In this document: positions 1 through 9,531 of the stretch, piece after piece
How positions within the stretch are numbered: the stretch's first letter is position 1
Layout of the letters: every line of letters begins with the position of its first letter
NCBI RefSeq assembly: GCF_000981785.2
Contig: NZ_CP011304.1
Span: 1,410,001 to 1,442,000, forward strand
Source: Microcystis aeruginosa NIES-2549
GTDB taxonomy: Bacteria > Cyanobacteriota > Cyanobacteriia > Cyanobacteriales > Microcystaceae
Direction: 5' to 3'
DNA: 32,000 bases
Program-made: the position numbers and the translations under genes
Notes under the pieces: generated by a model
Databases searched by the model: none
What the model was told of the DNA's origin: nothing
Seen by the model: only the letters and a program-made list of their open reading frames with translations

Positions 1-309
1 GTCTGTCTCTATAAGGGTTTCATTCCTTATAACCCCGTCCATTGCATAAGACAAACCGAAGAACCGAAATTCGGTTCCTTGTTGAATAAGGGAAAGGGCT
101 GTACTCAATGGACGTTGTGCTTGTTTCCAATATTGCTCAGATGACAATTGATCGATTACTTCTTCATTCTCATCGCTATAATACACATTATAAAAATATT
201 CCGCATCCTTAAGTTTTGTAGATAAACTTATCAGCGTATCCCAAGCCAGATTTAAAAAATCAATGCCAGAGGATTTAAAATCATCTCCAGTCGGTACATC
301 TATAATCAT
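1..309 (-). CDS. hypothetical protein, first 103 codons only (gene runs off the left window edge)
   Basis: The reverse-complement frame from ATG (309..307) stays open to position 1 (MIIDVPTGDDFKSSGIDFLNLAWDTLISLSTKLKDAEYFYNVYYSDENEEVIDQLSSEQYWKQAQRPLSTALSLIQQGTEF...). It is absent from the ORF track because it has no stop in the window. No family recognised. Confidence 0.35.
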   Translation of the reverse strand, partial: MIIDVPTGDDFKSSGIDFLNLAWDTLISLSTKLKDAEYFYNVYYSDENEEVIDQLSSEQYWKQAQRPLSTALSLIQQGTEFRFFGLSYAMDGVIRNETLIETD

Positions 310-440
310 AATTTTTCGTACTCACTTTTATCATTTCATTTAAGGCGATTTATTGGTAAATGAGATTGTGTGGCTTTTCATCCCGCTCAAAATGATAGCG
401 AACTTTTTTATTGTGTGGCTTGTACCCGAACTAAACTTGA

Positions 441-707
441 CTATACTTTGTGAGCCTCCGCATAAATCCGTAAAGCGGCGGACATTTTTTGTTCACAATC
501 CTCGCCCTGTGATTGAAACCAAGCTAGGGTTTCGGGATCTACTTGAACAAGAACATTTACTTTCTCTACAGGTTTCCACCACCGCGATTTACTAAAAAAC
601 TCCTCGGTTAAGGGCGGAATATCGGATGTGTCGATTTCCTCTTCTGTAAGAGCGTCAACTTTCTCCCAATTCGTCTCGGAGGTATTGTTCATATCGTTTT
701 CGTTCAT
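441..707 (-). CDS. brnA: BrnA-family antitoxin (type II TA)
   Basis: The translation MNENDMNNTSETNWEKVDALTEEEIDTSDIPPLTEEFF...AALRIYAEAHK matches the usual BrnA layout and lies immediately downstream of, and overlapping, brnT. The start is chosen at the internal Met; the track ORF extends to 773. Confidence 0.65.
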   Translation of the reverse strand: MNENDMNNTSETNWEKVDALTEEEIDTSDIPPLTEEFFSKSRWWKPVEKVNVLVQVDPETLAWFQSQGEDCEQKMSAALRIYAEAHKV

Positions 708-948
708 AGGGTAAAGCTTTACGAAGTGAAATAATACGAATTGTATCTCTACTCGGTTCTGTAAAAACGACAACTACCACTCGGCCATCGAGCGTACCGA
801 TTCCTATCAATCGATCTTCGCCATAATTTTCTCGTTCGTCAAGGGAAACTCGAATGGGATGTTCAAATATCCGCTGCGCGTCCGCGAAGTCTAGATCGTG
901 CTTGATGATATTCGCTCGGTTCTTTTGTCGATCCCACTCGAATTTCAT
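655..948 (-). CDS. brnT: BrnT-family toxin (DUF497 ribonuclease toxin)
   Basis: 97 aa. MKFEWDRQKNRANIIKHDLDFADAQRIFEHP...GEDRLIGIGTLDGRVVVVVFTE is the characteristic FEWDxxKxxxNxxKH signature of BrnT. Confidence 0.8.
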   Translation of the reverse strand: MKFEWDRQKNRANIIKHDLDFADAQRIFEHPIRVSLDERENYGEDRLIGIGTLDGRVVVVVFTEPSRDTIRIISLRKALPYERKRYEQYLRDELGES

Positions 949-1087
949 ATTTTTATTTTATCGAGTTGTCATTCCGTATATCGAAAAAAATCCTATAATT
1001 GTCGAAAATTCGATCGTTAGAGGGGTCATCTTGATCGAAATCAAAAGAAATCTTTCGCCTCGATCGAAATGACCCATAACCGGTCAA

Positions 1088-3697
1088 CTAACTCAAAACA
1101 CCAGAAGGAATCCCTAAGATATCCTCAATTTTAGGTAAATCTTCTAGGGGAATTACCCGGCCTTCATCCTCAAAACCAGCGATTTCATTAAAGTTCAAAT
1201 AGCGGTATAAATCGCCAGCAAAAGGATTAATTTTCTCGGTGACAATTGCCAGGTATTCCTCGACGGTGGGAATGCGTCCCAGTAGCGCACAAACTGCCGC
1301 TAATTCGGCGGAACCGAGATAGACTCGCGCATCTTTTCCCATGCGATTATTGAAGTTACGAGTCGAGGTAGAAAATACCGTCGCTCTGTCTTCAACCCGC
1401 GCTTGATTACCCATACAAAGGGAACATCCAGGCATCTCGGTACGCGCCCCAGAAGCGGCAAAAATGCCGTACATTCCCTCCTCGCGCAATTGTTTTTCAT
1501 CCATGCGGGTGGGGGGACAAATCCACAGTTTAGCCTTAGCAACTCCTGCACCTTCTAATATCTTAGCGGCGGCGCGATAATGACCAATATTAGTCATACA
1601 AGAACCGATGAACACCTCATCAATTTTATCCCCGGCGCATTCCGACATTAACTTGATATTATCGGGGTCATTGGGTGCGGCAACAATTGGTTCTTTAATC
1701 TCGTTTAAGTTGACGGTGATAATATCCGCATATTCGGCATCCTTATCAGCCTCCATCAGGACGGGATTAGCTAACCATTGTTCCATTTTTGCTACCCGAC
1801 GCAGGATAGTTTTAGCATCACTATAACCCCGGGCCGCCATATTCTTTAACAGGGCTACATTAGAGCGTAAATATTCCGCCACTGTCTCGGTACTTAACTT
1901 AATCGTACAACCAGCGCAGGAACGTTCCGCCGTGGCATCGGTTAACTCAAAAGCCTGTTCTAATTTCAAATCCGGCAGCCCTTCCATCTCCATAATGCGA
2001 CCGTTAAAAACATTTTTTTTGTTCTGTTTTTCCACGGTTAATTTACCCTCTTGGATGGCAACGTAGGGAATAGCATTAACAATATCGCGCAGAGTTACAC
2101 CTGGTTGTAATTCCCCCGTAAAACGCACTAAAACCGATTCCGGCATATCCAAAGGCATTACTCCCAAAGCGGCGGCAAATGCCACTAAACCCGACCCCGC
2201 AGGAAAGGAAATTCCCAGGGGAAAACGAGTATGAGAATCGCCTCCAGTCCCCACCGTATCCGGCAACAACATCCGATTTAACCAGGAATGAATAATGCCA
2301 TCTCCCGGACGTAAAGCGACCCCACCCCGGGTAGAGAAAAAGTCCGGTAATTGGTGATGAGTTTGAATATCAACCGGTTTCGGATAGGCTGCCGTGTGAC
2401 AGAAACTCTGCATGACTAAATCGGCGCTAAAACCTAAACAGGCTAACTCTTTTAACTCGTCTCTGGTCATCGGGCCGGTGGTATCCTGAGACCCTACCGT
2501 GGTCATAATCGGGTCACAGGAAGTACCCGGCCGCACCCCGGGTAAACCGCAAGCTTTGCCGACCATTTTTTGCGCTAGGGTGTAACCTTTACCCGTGTCA
2601 TTAGGCATAGTGGGACGGGTAAATAGGGTACTAGCCTCAAGTCCCAAGGCGTGACGGGTTTTATCGGTGAGACTGCGACCGATTAATAGGGGAATACGAC
2701 CGCCGGCCCGCACTTCATCCAGAATTGTCTCAGGTTTGAGGCTAAAAGTGCTAATAGTTGCGCCCGCTTCGTTGGTGATTTTGCCTTCGTAGGGATAGAT
2801 TTTAATCACATCCCCCGTGTTCATTTGGCTAACATCGCATTCAATCGGTAAAGCACCGGAATCCTCGGCAGTATTAAAGAAGATAGGGGCGATTTTACTG
2901 CCTAAAATATAGCCACCAGCACGTTTATTAGGTACAAAGGGAATATCATCGCCAATATGCCAGAGAACCGAGTTAATCGCCGATTTTCGGCTGGAACCAG
3001 TCCCAACCACATCCCCCACATAGGCGACCGGATGGCCTAATTTTTTCAATTCGGCAATGGTTTCTAAGGACCCGGGTTGACGGGTTTCTAACATTACCAA
3101 GGCATGAAGGGGAATATCGGGCCGGGTGGTGGCATGGGGGGCGGGAGATAGGTCATCTGTATTGGTTTCCCCAGGTACTTTGAAAACGGTGACGGTAATT
3201 TCTTTAGCAAGTTTCGGTTTAGCGATAAACCAAGCGCCATTGGCCCAAGCATCGATAACCTGTTTAGCATAGGGATTGGTGTCGGATAATTCCAAAACCT
3301 CGTTAAATGCGTCGAATACCAGCAGGGTTTTACTTAAAGCGCTGGCAGCAGCGGCGGCGATATTAATATCTCTGGATTTCAGCAGTTCAATCAGAGAATG
3401 AACGTTATAACCGCCGACCATGGTTCCCAGTAAGCTAACCGCACCCTGGGGGGAGATAACGTTAGATTTTATTTCACCTTTGGCAATTCCTGTTAAAAAT
3501 CCCGCTTTAACGTAGGCCGCTTCGTCAACTCCGGGGGGAACACGGTCACGCAGCAGGGTCAGCAATTCTCCTTTGAGTTCTTCGGACGGATTTTTGAGTA
3601 TTTCGCATAATTCCGCCGTTTGTTGAGCATTGAGGGGAAGGGGAGGGATACCTAATTTCGCTCGGTCGGCAACGTGCTGATGATAGGCTTCTAACAT
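1088..3697 (-). CDS. acnB: bifunctional aconitate hydratase 2 / 2-methylisocitrate dehydratase
   Basis: 869 aa with an AcnB-type N-terminus ([34 protein letters not shown]-like). Fe-S cluster Cys contexts are present ([19 protein letters not shown]). The length is typical for AcnB. Confidence 0.95.
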   Translation of the reverse strand: MLEAYHQHVADRAKLGIPPLPLNAQQTAELCEILKNPSEELKGELLTLLRDRVPPGVDEAAYVKAGFLTGIAKGEIKSNVISPQGAVSLLGTMVGGYNVHSLIELLKSRDINIAAAAASALSKTLLVFDAFNEVLELSDTNPYAKQVIDAWANGAWFIAKPKLAKEITVTVFKVPGETNTDDLSPAPHATTRPDIPLHALVMLETRQPGSLETIAELKKLGHPVAYVGDVVGTGSSRKSAINSVLWHIGDDIPFVPNKRAGGYILGSKIAPIFFNTAEDSGALPIECDVSQMNTGDVIKIYPYEGKITNEAGATISTFSLKPETILDEVRAGGRIPLLIGRSLTDKTRHALGLEASTLFTRPTMPNDTGKGYTLAQKMVGKACGLPGVRPGTSCDPIMTTVGSQDTTGPMTRDELKELACLGFSADLVMQSFCHTAAYPKPVDIQTHHQLPDFFSTRGGVALRPGDGIIHSWLNRMLLPDTVGTGGDSHTRFPLGISFPAGSGLVAFAAALGVMPLDMPESVLVRFTGELQPGVTLRDIVNAIPYVAIQEGKLTVEKQNKKNVFNGRIMEMEGLPDLKLEQAFELTDATAERSCAGCTIKLSTETVAEYLRSNVALLKNMAARGYSDAKTILRRVAKMEQWLANPVLMEADKDAEYADIITVNLNEIKEPIVAAPNDPDNIKLMSECAGDKIDEVFIGSCMTNIGHYRAAAKILEGAGVAKAKLWICPPTRMDEKQLREEGMYGIFAASGARTEMPGCSLCMGNQARVEDRATVFSTSTRNFNNRMGKDARVYLGSAELAAVCALLGRIPTVEEYLAIVTEKINPFAGDLYRYLNFNEIAGFEDEGRVIPLEDLPKIEDILGIPSGVLS

Positions 3698-3856
3698 AGG
3701 TCTATTGTCTCCTAGTCTTCACTTGTGACGGTTTCTTCCTAGGTTACTGGATTTTTGCTGGTCTCGGAATTTCTAGGTTAGCGAGAGATGACTTTATTGT
3801 GCGATTTCCATAAAATGAGAAAATAGCGATCGATTGACTATATTGAGGCTTAGATA

Positions 3857-4534
3857 ATGGCTATCACCGATTCTGATCTAGATTTAGCACAATATATCGA
3901 CCATTCTCTCCTCATCCCCACCGCCACCAGTGAACAATTAGAGGCTTACTGTCAACAGGCTGATCAATATCATTTTCCCACCGTCTGCGTTTATCCCGCC
4001 GCCGTTAAGCAAGCTGTGCAGTTACTCCACGGCAAAAAAACTTTAGTTTCTACCGTGATTGGTTTTCCCGCAGGGGCCACTACCTCCGCAGTTAAACGTT
4101 ATGAGGCTTTAGAAGCTGTAGATAATGGCGCTAAGGAGTTAGATGTGGTTATTAATCTCGGTTGGCTAAAAGATGGGAAATCTGAGCAATTATTCCAAGA
4201 AATTGCTAGTATTTGTCAGGAAACCGGCCAGACGGTAAAAGCGATTCTGGAAACCTCGCAACTAACGGACACCGAGAAACGTTTAGCGGCAGAAATTTGC
4301 ATGGATGCAGGAGTGAGTTATCTAAAAACCAGTACCGGCTGGTTTGGCGGTGCAACGGTTAGCGATGTCAAGTTTCTCAAGGAAATTAGCAAAGGCCGGG
4401 TAGGAATTAAAGCATCCGGCGGAATTCGCACCCTAGAACAAGCGCTCGCTCTTATCCGGGCCGGAGCCACCCGTCTGGGAACTTCCCGCGGTGTCGATTT
4501 AGTCCGTCAGCAAAAGGCCGCCTTTGAGGAGTAA
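3857..4534 (+). CDS. deoC: deoxyribose-phosphate aldolase
   Basis: 225 aa. IDHSLL at the N-terminus, the DVVINLG motif and the Schiff-base Lys context YLKTSTGW are typical of class I DERA. Confidence 0.9.
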   Translation: MAITDSDLDLAQYIDHSLLIPTATSEQLEAYCQQADQYHFPTVCVYPAAVKQAVQLLHGKKTLVSTVIGFPAGATTSAVKRYEALEAVDNGAKELDVVINLGWLKDGKSEQLFQEIASICQETGQTVKAILETSQLTDTEKRLAAEICMDAGVSYLKTSTGWFGGATVSDVKFLKEISKGRVGIKASGGIRTLEQALALIRAGATRLGTSRGVDLVRQQKAAFEE

Positions 4535-4573
4535 AATGCAGTGGGCTGCCCGCGCATTTAAATTGCTTGTTGA

Positions 4574-4640
4574 GTAGGTTGATTCATGAATCAACCTACA
4601 AAGCACTATGTTTTGACAAATTTTCAGCTATATATTTCCG
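4574..4640. repeat. REP-like dispersed element with a perfect 26-bp palindrome (GTAGGTTGATTCATGAATCAACCTAC) plus a conserved ~40-bp tail
   Basis: Perfect palindrome at 4574..4599. The same palindrome and tail (AAAGC..ATGTTTTGA.AAATTTTCAG) recur at 31936..32000. A one-base-longer variant lies at 6398..6425. Confidence 0.8.
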
Positions 4641-4779
4641 AGAAATCGACTAAAAACGTTACCAGATAAGGATTTGAGAGAATGACATAAGAGAGAATCA
4701 AACGACCCCAGGGTAAGAGGGGGTGAGGAAGATTCAGCTAATCTAATAATAGGCGGTTAAAATGCCTCTTAGCTGACGG

Positions 4780-5604
4780 ATGACATTCAATAAAAATAAG
4801 GGGGTTTATTTGCCGATAATTCGCTGTGGTAATCGAGAATTTAGAGATATTCAAGGGATTGTTTTTGATAAGGACGGTACGCTAGAGGATTCGCGAGCTT
4901 TCTGGTACGATCGAGCTATAGCCCGGATACAAGCCATTGAATCGCGAATCCCTGGTTTAGAGTCTTTATTAACTAAAACTTTCGGTATTGGGGCAAATAG
5001 TCTCAATCCTGCCGGTTTAATGGCAGTGGGCAGCCGCAGAGATAATCATATCGCCGCTGCCGGTTGTATTGCTTCCACCGGCCGGGATTGGTTAACGGCA
5101 ATGGCGATCGCAAAAGCATCCTTCCAAGCGGCCGATGAAAAGGTTCCCCCCCGCTTAAATCCCCTCTATCCCCAATGTTTAGAAGTAATTCGTTATCTGC
5201 ACGCGGCCGGTTTACAATTGGCGATTCTTTCCTCCGATACCACAGCACGAGTTGAGCAATTTGTCAAGGAAAATCACCTATTAAATTATATCAAAATTGC
5301 CCGAGGCTGCGATCGAGGTTTAAGTAAACCAGATCCCTTATTATTGCAAGAAACCTGTCAAGCTTTGGGGACCGCAGTGGACAAAACCCTGATGGTGGGG
5401 GACACTAGGGCCGATTGGGAAATGGCTAAACAGGCAAAATCAGCAGCTGCGATCGCAATTAGTTGGCAACCAGAAACCCATCAAGATTTACAATTAGCTG
5501 ATGTGGTCATTAGAGAACTTGCTGCCATCTCGGTTATCAGCTTCTCAAGGCAAGAGGCAACAGGCAAAAGGCAAAAGAAAGAATCTGGCAATTCTCCCAC
5601 CTAA
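4780..5604 (+). CDS. HAD-superfamily hydrolase
   Basis: HAD motifs I (VFDKDGTL), II (LAILSSD), III (SKPDP) and IV (MVGDTRADWEMA) are present. The C-terminal tail is encoded by simple GGCAAAAG-type repeats. Confidence 0.8.
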   Translation: MTFNKNKGVYLPIIRCGNREFRDIQGIVFDKDGTLEDSRAFWYDRAIARIQAIESRIPGLESLLTKTFGIGANSLNPAGLMAVGSRRDNHIAAAGCIASTGRDWLTAMAIAKASFQAADEKVPPRLNPLYPQCLEVIRYLHAAGLQLAILSSDTTARVEQFVKENHLLNYIKIARGCDRGLSKPDPLLLQETCQALGTAVDKTLMVGDTRADWEMAKQAKSAAAIAISWQPETHQDLQLADVVIRELAAISVISFSRQEATGKRQKKESGNSPT

Positions 5605-5666
5605 AAAGATGGATAGTTATCAGTTATCATTTTAGCTTTCAGCCATCAGCCATCAGCTTTTTTCTC

Positions 5667-5720
5667 CCCCACACCCCACACCCCACACCCCATACCCCAC
5701 ACCCCACACCCCACACCCCA
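5667..5720. repeat. heptanucleotide tandem repeat (CCCCACA)n, about 7.5 copies with one CCCCATA variant
   Basis: Read directly from the sequence. It ends 17 bp upstream of the hisG ATG. The minus strand reads (GGGGTGT)n. Confidence 0.9.
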
Positions 5721-5736
5721 ATTCATAATTCCCTCT

Positions 5737-6384
5737 ATGCTAACAATTGCCTTACCGAAGGGTGCTTTACTAAACGAAAGTATCCAAATATTTCAGAAAA
5801 TTGGCTTAGATTTTAGTGCCTTTCTTGACTCAAAAAATCGCCAACTACAGATTACCGACCCCACTAACCAAGCGAAAGCGTTATTAGTCAGAGCCACAGA
5901 TGTACCAGTTTATGTAGAATACGGTCAGGCACAATTAGGCATCGCCGGTTATGATGTTTTATTGGAAAAATCTCCCGATGTGGCTAATTTAATTGACCTA
6001 AAATTTGGTTATTGTCGGATGTCGGTAGCTGTCCCTGCTGATAGTCCCTATCAAAGTCCTCTAGACATTCCCCATCACGGTAAAGTCGCCTCAAAATTTG
6101 TCAATTGTGCTAAGGATTATTTTCGTCGTTTAGATATTCCCGTCGAGATTATACCTCTCTATGGTTCCGTAGAATTAGGCCCGATTACGGGGATGTCAGA
6201 AGCGATAGTTGACCTAGTTTCCACCGGTCGAACTTTACGCGAAAATGGTTTAGTAGAAATTGCCGAATTATTTGCTAGTAGCGCTCGATTAATCGCCCAT
6301 CCCCTCAGCTATCGACTAAATCGTGATCAGATTTATAACTGGGTAGAAAAGCTCAGTTTAACGAATCAGCACCCCCCTTATTAA
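5737..6384 (+). CDS. hisG: ATP phosphoribosyltransferase, short (HisZ-dependent) form
   Basis: 215 aa. [19 protein letters not shown]..., [19 protein letters not shown] and [13 protein letters not shown] are canonical HisG(S) blocks. Confidence 0.9.
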   Translation: MLTIALPKGALLNESIQIFQKIGLDFSAFLDSKNRQLQITDPTNQAKALLVRATDVPVYVEYGQAQLGIAGYDVLLEKSPDVANLIDLKFGYCRMSVAVPADSPYQSPLDIPHHGKVASKFVNCAKDYFRRLDIPVEIIPLYGSVELGPITGMSEAIVDLVSTGRTLRENGLVEIAELFASSARLIAHPLSYRLNRDQIYNWVEKLSLTNQHPPY

Positions 6385-6397
6385 GCGGGTATCAAGG

Positions 6398-6505
6398 GTA
6401 GGGTTGATTCATGAATCAACCCTACCTTGAATCAACCCTACCTTAAATCAACCCTACCTTAAATCAACCCTACCTTAAATCAACCCTACCTTGAATCAAC
6501 CCTAG
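6398..6505. repeat. REP-like palindrome followed by a 16-bp tandem array ((G/A)AATCAACCCTACCTT, about 5.8 copies)
   Basis: Palindrome GTAGGGTTGATTCATGAATCAACCCTAC at 6398..6425, 14 bp after the hisG stop. Its right arm is reiterated with a 16-bp period from 6413 to about 6505. Confidence 0.85.
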
Positions 6506-6580
6506 GGATCAAGGGGTGATCAAAGGCAAAATCTATCTTATATTTAATTAGAACCATTGACTTATTTCCCCCTAACCTAA

Positions 6581-7729
6581 TTATTTCAATAGCAAACCAA
6601 TAAGCGCACCAGCCAGAATTAACCAAGTAGAATTAACCTGAAAACGTAGTAAAAGAATAGCGGAGACAAGAGATAAAATGATAGCCAATAAATTAAAAGG
6701 TAAATTCCCGTAGGGTTGTAACCAAGTAGCTAGAGCTAAATTAAAAATAACTGCTACCATTAAAGCCACAGCACTAGCATTAATTGCATCTAAAAAAGCA
6801 CCCGCCCAAGCGGACTCTCTCAGTTTAGGAATAAGAGGATTAAGTAATAAAACAAAGATAAAAGAAGGAAAAAAAATCGCTAGAGTCGCCACAATTGCCC
6901 CCGATACTCCTAATATTTGATAACCGATAAAAGTGGCTGTGGATAACACTGGACCGGGGGTAAATTGACCCACAGCAATAGCATCTAATAATTGTTGCTG
7001 GGTTAACCATCCTCTCCCCTGCACTAAATCCCCCTCTAAAAAGGCAACTAACACATAACCACTACCAAATAAAACACTACCCACCTTGAGGAAAAATAGC
7101 CCTAATCCTGTTAATGTTGGTGGGATGTTGCTAGGATTAGCAACCGCCGTCGCACCGCCTATTCCTGCCACAATCAGGGGAAAAGTAGCGAATTTTTTTA
7201 GGATAAACATTCCGATAATTCCGCCTAACAGTAAAGCGATAACTTCATTTAACCCTAAGATTAATAATCCGATAACTCCCAATCCGATGAAGAGTAATTG
7301 ACGGGTTTTCAGTGCCTTTTTGCCTAAGCGCCAGAGTGCCTGAAAAATCACCGCAATTACTACCGGTTTAATCCCCGCAAAAATCGGAGCCACATCCGGT
7401 AAAGTCCCGTAGGTAGTATAAATCCAAGCTAGAAAACCCGTAATTAACACCGCAGGAGTAATAAAACAAACCCCCGTGATTATTAAACCCGCTAAACCAC
7501 CAAAAATATAACCGATATGAATAGCCATTTCCGTGGAATTAGGACCAGGAATCAGATTAGTTGCCCCCACCAAATCGAGAAATCGCTCCTTAGTCATCCA
7601 ACCGCGACGCTTAACCACTTCTTCCTCCATTAAAGCGATATGGGCAGCCGGACCACCAAAACCGATAAGGCCGATTTTGAGAAATAAAAGGGCAAGTTGT
7701 GAGAGATTGGGAGGCGATGAAGTCAGCAT
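6581..7729 (-). CDS. chrA: chromate transporter (CHR family, two-domain)
   Basis: 382 aa polytopic membrane protein. FLKIGLIGFGGPAAHIALMEEEVV at the N-terminus and a second FLKVGSVLFGSGYVLVAFL half are typical of duplicated CHR domains. Confidence 0.85.
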   Translation of the reverse strand: MLTSSPPNLSQLALLFLKIGLIGFGGPAAHIALMEEEVVKRRGWMTKERFLDLVGATNLIPGPNSTEMAIHIGYIFGGLAGLIITGVCFITPAVLITGFLAWIYTTYGTLPDVAPIFAGIKPVVIAVIFQALWRLGKKALKTRQLLFIGLGVIGLLILGLNEVIALLLGGIIGMFILKKFATFPLIVAGIGGATAVANPSNIPPTLTGLGLFFLKVGSVLFGSGYVLVAFLEGDLVQGRGWLTQQQLLDAIAVGQFTPGPVLSTATFIGYQILGVSGAIVATLAIFFPSFIFVLLLNPLIPKLRESAWAGAFLDAINASAVALMVAVIFNLALATWLQPYGNLPFNLLAIILSLVSAILLLRFQVNSTWLILAGALIGLLLK

Positions 7730-7830
7730 TTTCTGATTACCAATAGTTTTTCTAGAATCAAGTTTATATCCAAAAGAATAAGCTTAAGCTAAATTCTTGG
7801 CTAGATATCGTCACTGCTAAAATTCCATAA

Positions 7831-7864
7831 TTGCAAAAGTGTTTTATACAAACTCAATCATAAA
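7831..7864. repeat. left copy of a 34-bp direct repeat (TTGCAAAAGTGTTTTATACAAACTCAATCATAAA)
   Basis: Matches 26881..26914 in the same orientation at 32 of 34 positions. Confidence 0.8.
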
Positions 7865-8021
7865 TATTTAAGGCTCCCGGTCAAGTAAATTTGATACAAA
7901 AAAAGTTAAGAAAACTTTATAAATAATATTGATTAGTTTATTTATAATAAGCCCCATTAATACCAACTGAAACCATAATCAACCATAAACAATAATCAAT
8001 TATCAGAATCGATGCTAATCT

Positions 8022-9152
8022 ATGCAAAAAAACTCTATGGACAGCTTGCCGCCCAAGACTAACCAGTTTTCAGATACCCAAGAGCCAGCAGCGAGTCCAA
8101 CTCAGCGCCAAGCAGTGCCGGTCAATTATGAGTACAGCCTCAATCTGCCGGAATTACTCAACCAGCTTGACCTCTCAGTGTTGATTTCCACCTACCAAGC
8201 GGGACGAGTGGCCAGCATTGGCACTTATCAAGGACAAATGCGGGTGAGTTTCGCCCATTTTGACCAAGCAATGGGTTTAACCCGAACCGCTACCGGAATT
8301 GCTGTGGGCGCTCGTCAGGCAATTTGGAATTTACCCGCTAATCGAGAGATTGCCCCCCAGATTAAACCAGAAGGGGAACAGGATATCGCTTTTTTAGCTC
8401 GTTCCTCTCACCTCACCGGTCTGATTATGGGTCATGATTTGGCCTTTGGCAGTAATCGCCTTTGGGTGGTCAATACCCTATTTAACTGTCTGGCAACCAT
8501 CGAAGGAAATTGGAGTTTTCTCCCCCAGTGGAAACCGCCCTTTATTACCGAGTTGGTCCCCGGGGACCGCTGCCACCTCAATGGCTTGGCTATGGCTGAA
8601 AATAGCGGCACTCCCGCCTATGTGACGGCATTGGGGGAAACCAACGAGGAAAGCCTCTGGCGAGAGAATAAGGCCCAAGGGGGATGCTTGATTGATGTGC
8701 CGAGGGGAGAGGTGATTCTGCGGGGTTTAGCTATGCCCCATTCTCCCCGTCTTTACCAGGGTAATCTCTATTTTCTCAATTCCGGTTATGGAACCTTGAA
8801 CCGTTGGCATCCCCAAACTGGCAGCACGGAAATCATCGCCGAATTGCCCGGTTTTACCCGGGGTTTGGACTGTTGGGAAGGTCACGCCTTTGTCGGGTTG
8901 TCCCAAGTACGGGAAACGGCGGTTTTTGGCGGTTTACCCCTGGATGAGCGGCGTAATCAATTGCGGTGCGGGTTGGCTATTGTCAACCTGGCTACCAGTC
9001 AACTGGTGGCAACTTTTTGGTTCAATAGCGGCGTGGAGGAGGTTTTTGCCGTCTCCGTCCTACCGGGCTACCGCAACCCGGCGCTAATTGGACCAGATAC
9101 CGACCTCGATGGCTCTCAATCCGTCTGGATGGTGCCTTCTTTGGCGACTTAA
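8022..9152 (+). CDS. TIGR03032/DUF4915-family conserved protein of unknown function
   Basis: 376 aa. The blocks ISTYQAG, WVVNTLFNCLATI, WKPPFITELVPGDRCHLNGLA, YVTALGETN and MPHSPRLYQGNLYFLNSG match my recollection of that family's invariant motifs. This call is from memory, not from a search. Confidence 0.65.
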   Translation: MQKNSMDSLPPKTNQFSDTQEPAASPTQRQAVPVNYEYSLNLPELLNQLDLSVLISTYQAGRVASIGTYQGQMRVSFAHFDQAMGLTRTATGIAVGARQAIWNLPANREIAPQIKPEGEQDIAFLARSSHLTGLIMGHDLAFGSNRLWVVNTLFNCLATIEGNWSFLPQWKPPFITELVPGDRCHLNGLAMAENSGTPAYVTALGETNEESLWRENKAQGGCLIDVPRGEVILRGLAMPHSPRLYQGNLYFLNSGYGTLNRWHPQTGSTEIIAELPGFTRGLDCWEGHAFVGLSQVRETAVFGGLPLDERRNQLRCGLAIVNLATSQLVATFWFNSGVEEVFAVSVLPGYRNPALIGPDTDLDGSQSVWMVPSLAT

Positions 9153-9308
9153 GTAGGGAGGCACAATTATTTGTAGGATGGGTTAGCGGTAGCGTAACAT
9201 GAGCAGGCGTTGGGTTTCATGCTTCAACCCAACCTACGTTCATCTTATATTTAATTCCACCCACCCACTTAATTGTTTAATTTTTACTCTTTAATTCAGG
9301 AAAAAATC

Positions 9309-9407
9309 ATGTCAACTCCTTTTTTAGTTAAGGATATCTTCCCCGGTTTAGGTAGCTCCTCCCCCGGCAGTCTGACGGCATTATATAGTTTTACCAATAA
9401 ATGTTAG
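9309..9407 (+). pseudogene. 32-codon remnant resembling the N-terminus of an ELWxxDGT-repeat surface protein
   Basis: MSTPFLVKDIFPGLGSSSPGSLTALYSFTNKC*. The LVKDI.PG.GSS.P..LT motif is the usual start of ELWxxDGT repeat proteins. Here the reading frame stops after 32 codons, just upstream of the first Rpn gene. Confidence 0.35.
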
Positions 9408-9531
9408 AACAAAGATGTAGATGTAGGTTGCTCTAATGGGAAGTTTTGTGACGACAAGTAGCATTGATGATATTTATGGGGAATAATAGATTTAGATGAG
9501 TGCCTAACTTTCCAATTGGTAGCGACTTGCC

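Noticed and set aside
353-1072. + strand ORFs 353-595 and 854-1072
   Set aside because: They are antisense to or overlapping the well-supported brnA/brnT genes or AT-rich spacer. Their translations are hydrophobic and low-complexity, with no motifs.
1300-1826. ORFs 1300-1551 (-) and 1608-1826 (+) inside acnB
   Set aside because: They are out-of-frame or antisense within a clearly conserved 869-aa AcnB coding region.
6413-6505. Possible CRISPR array (regularly spaced 16-bp repeats)
   Set aside because: The units are directly abutting with no spacers and are far shorter than CRISPR repeats. There are no cas genes in the window. It is a simple tandem amplification of the REP-like palindrome arm.
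5003-9087. Embedded ORFs 5003-5248(-), 7086-7301(+), 7533-7736(+), 8434-8625(+), 8478-8678(-) and 8890-9087(+)
   Set aside because: Each lies wholly within, and out of frame with or antisense to, a longer ORF with recognisable family motifs (HAD, ChrA, TIGR03032).
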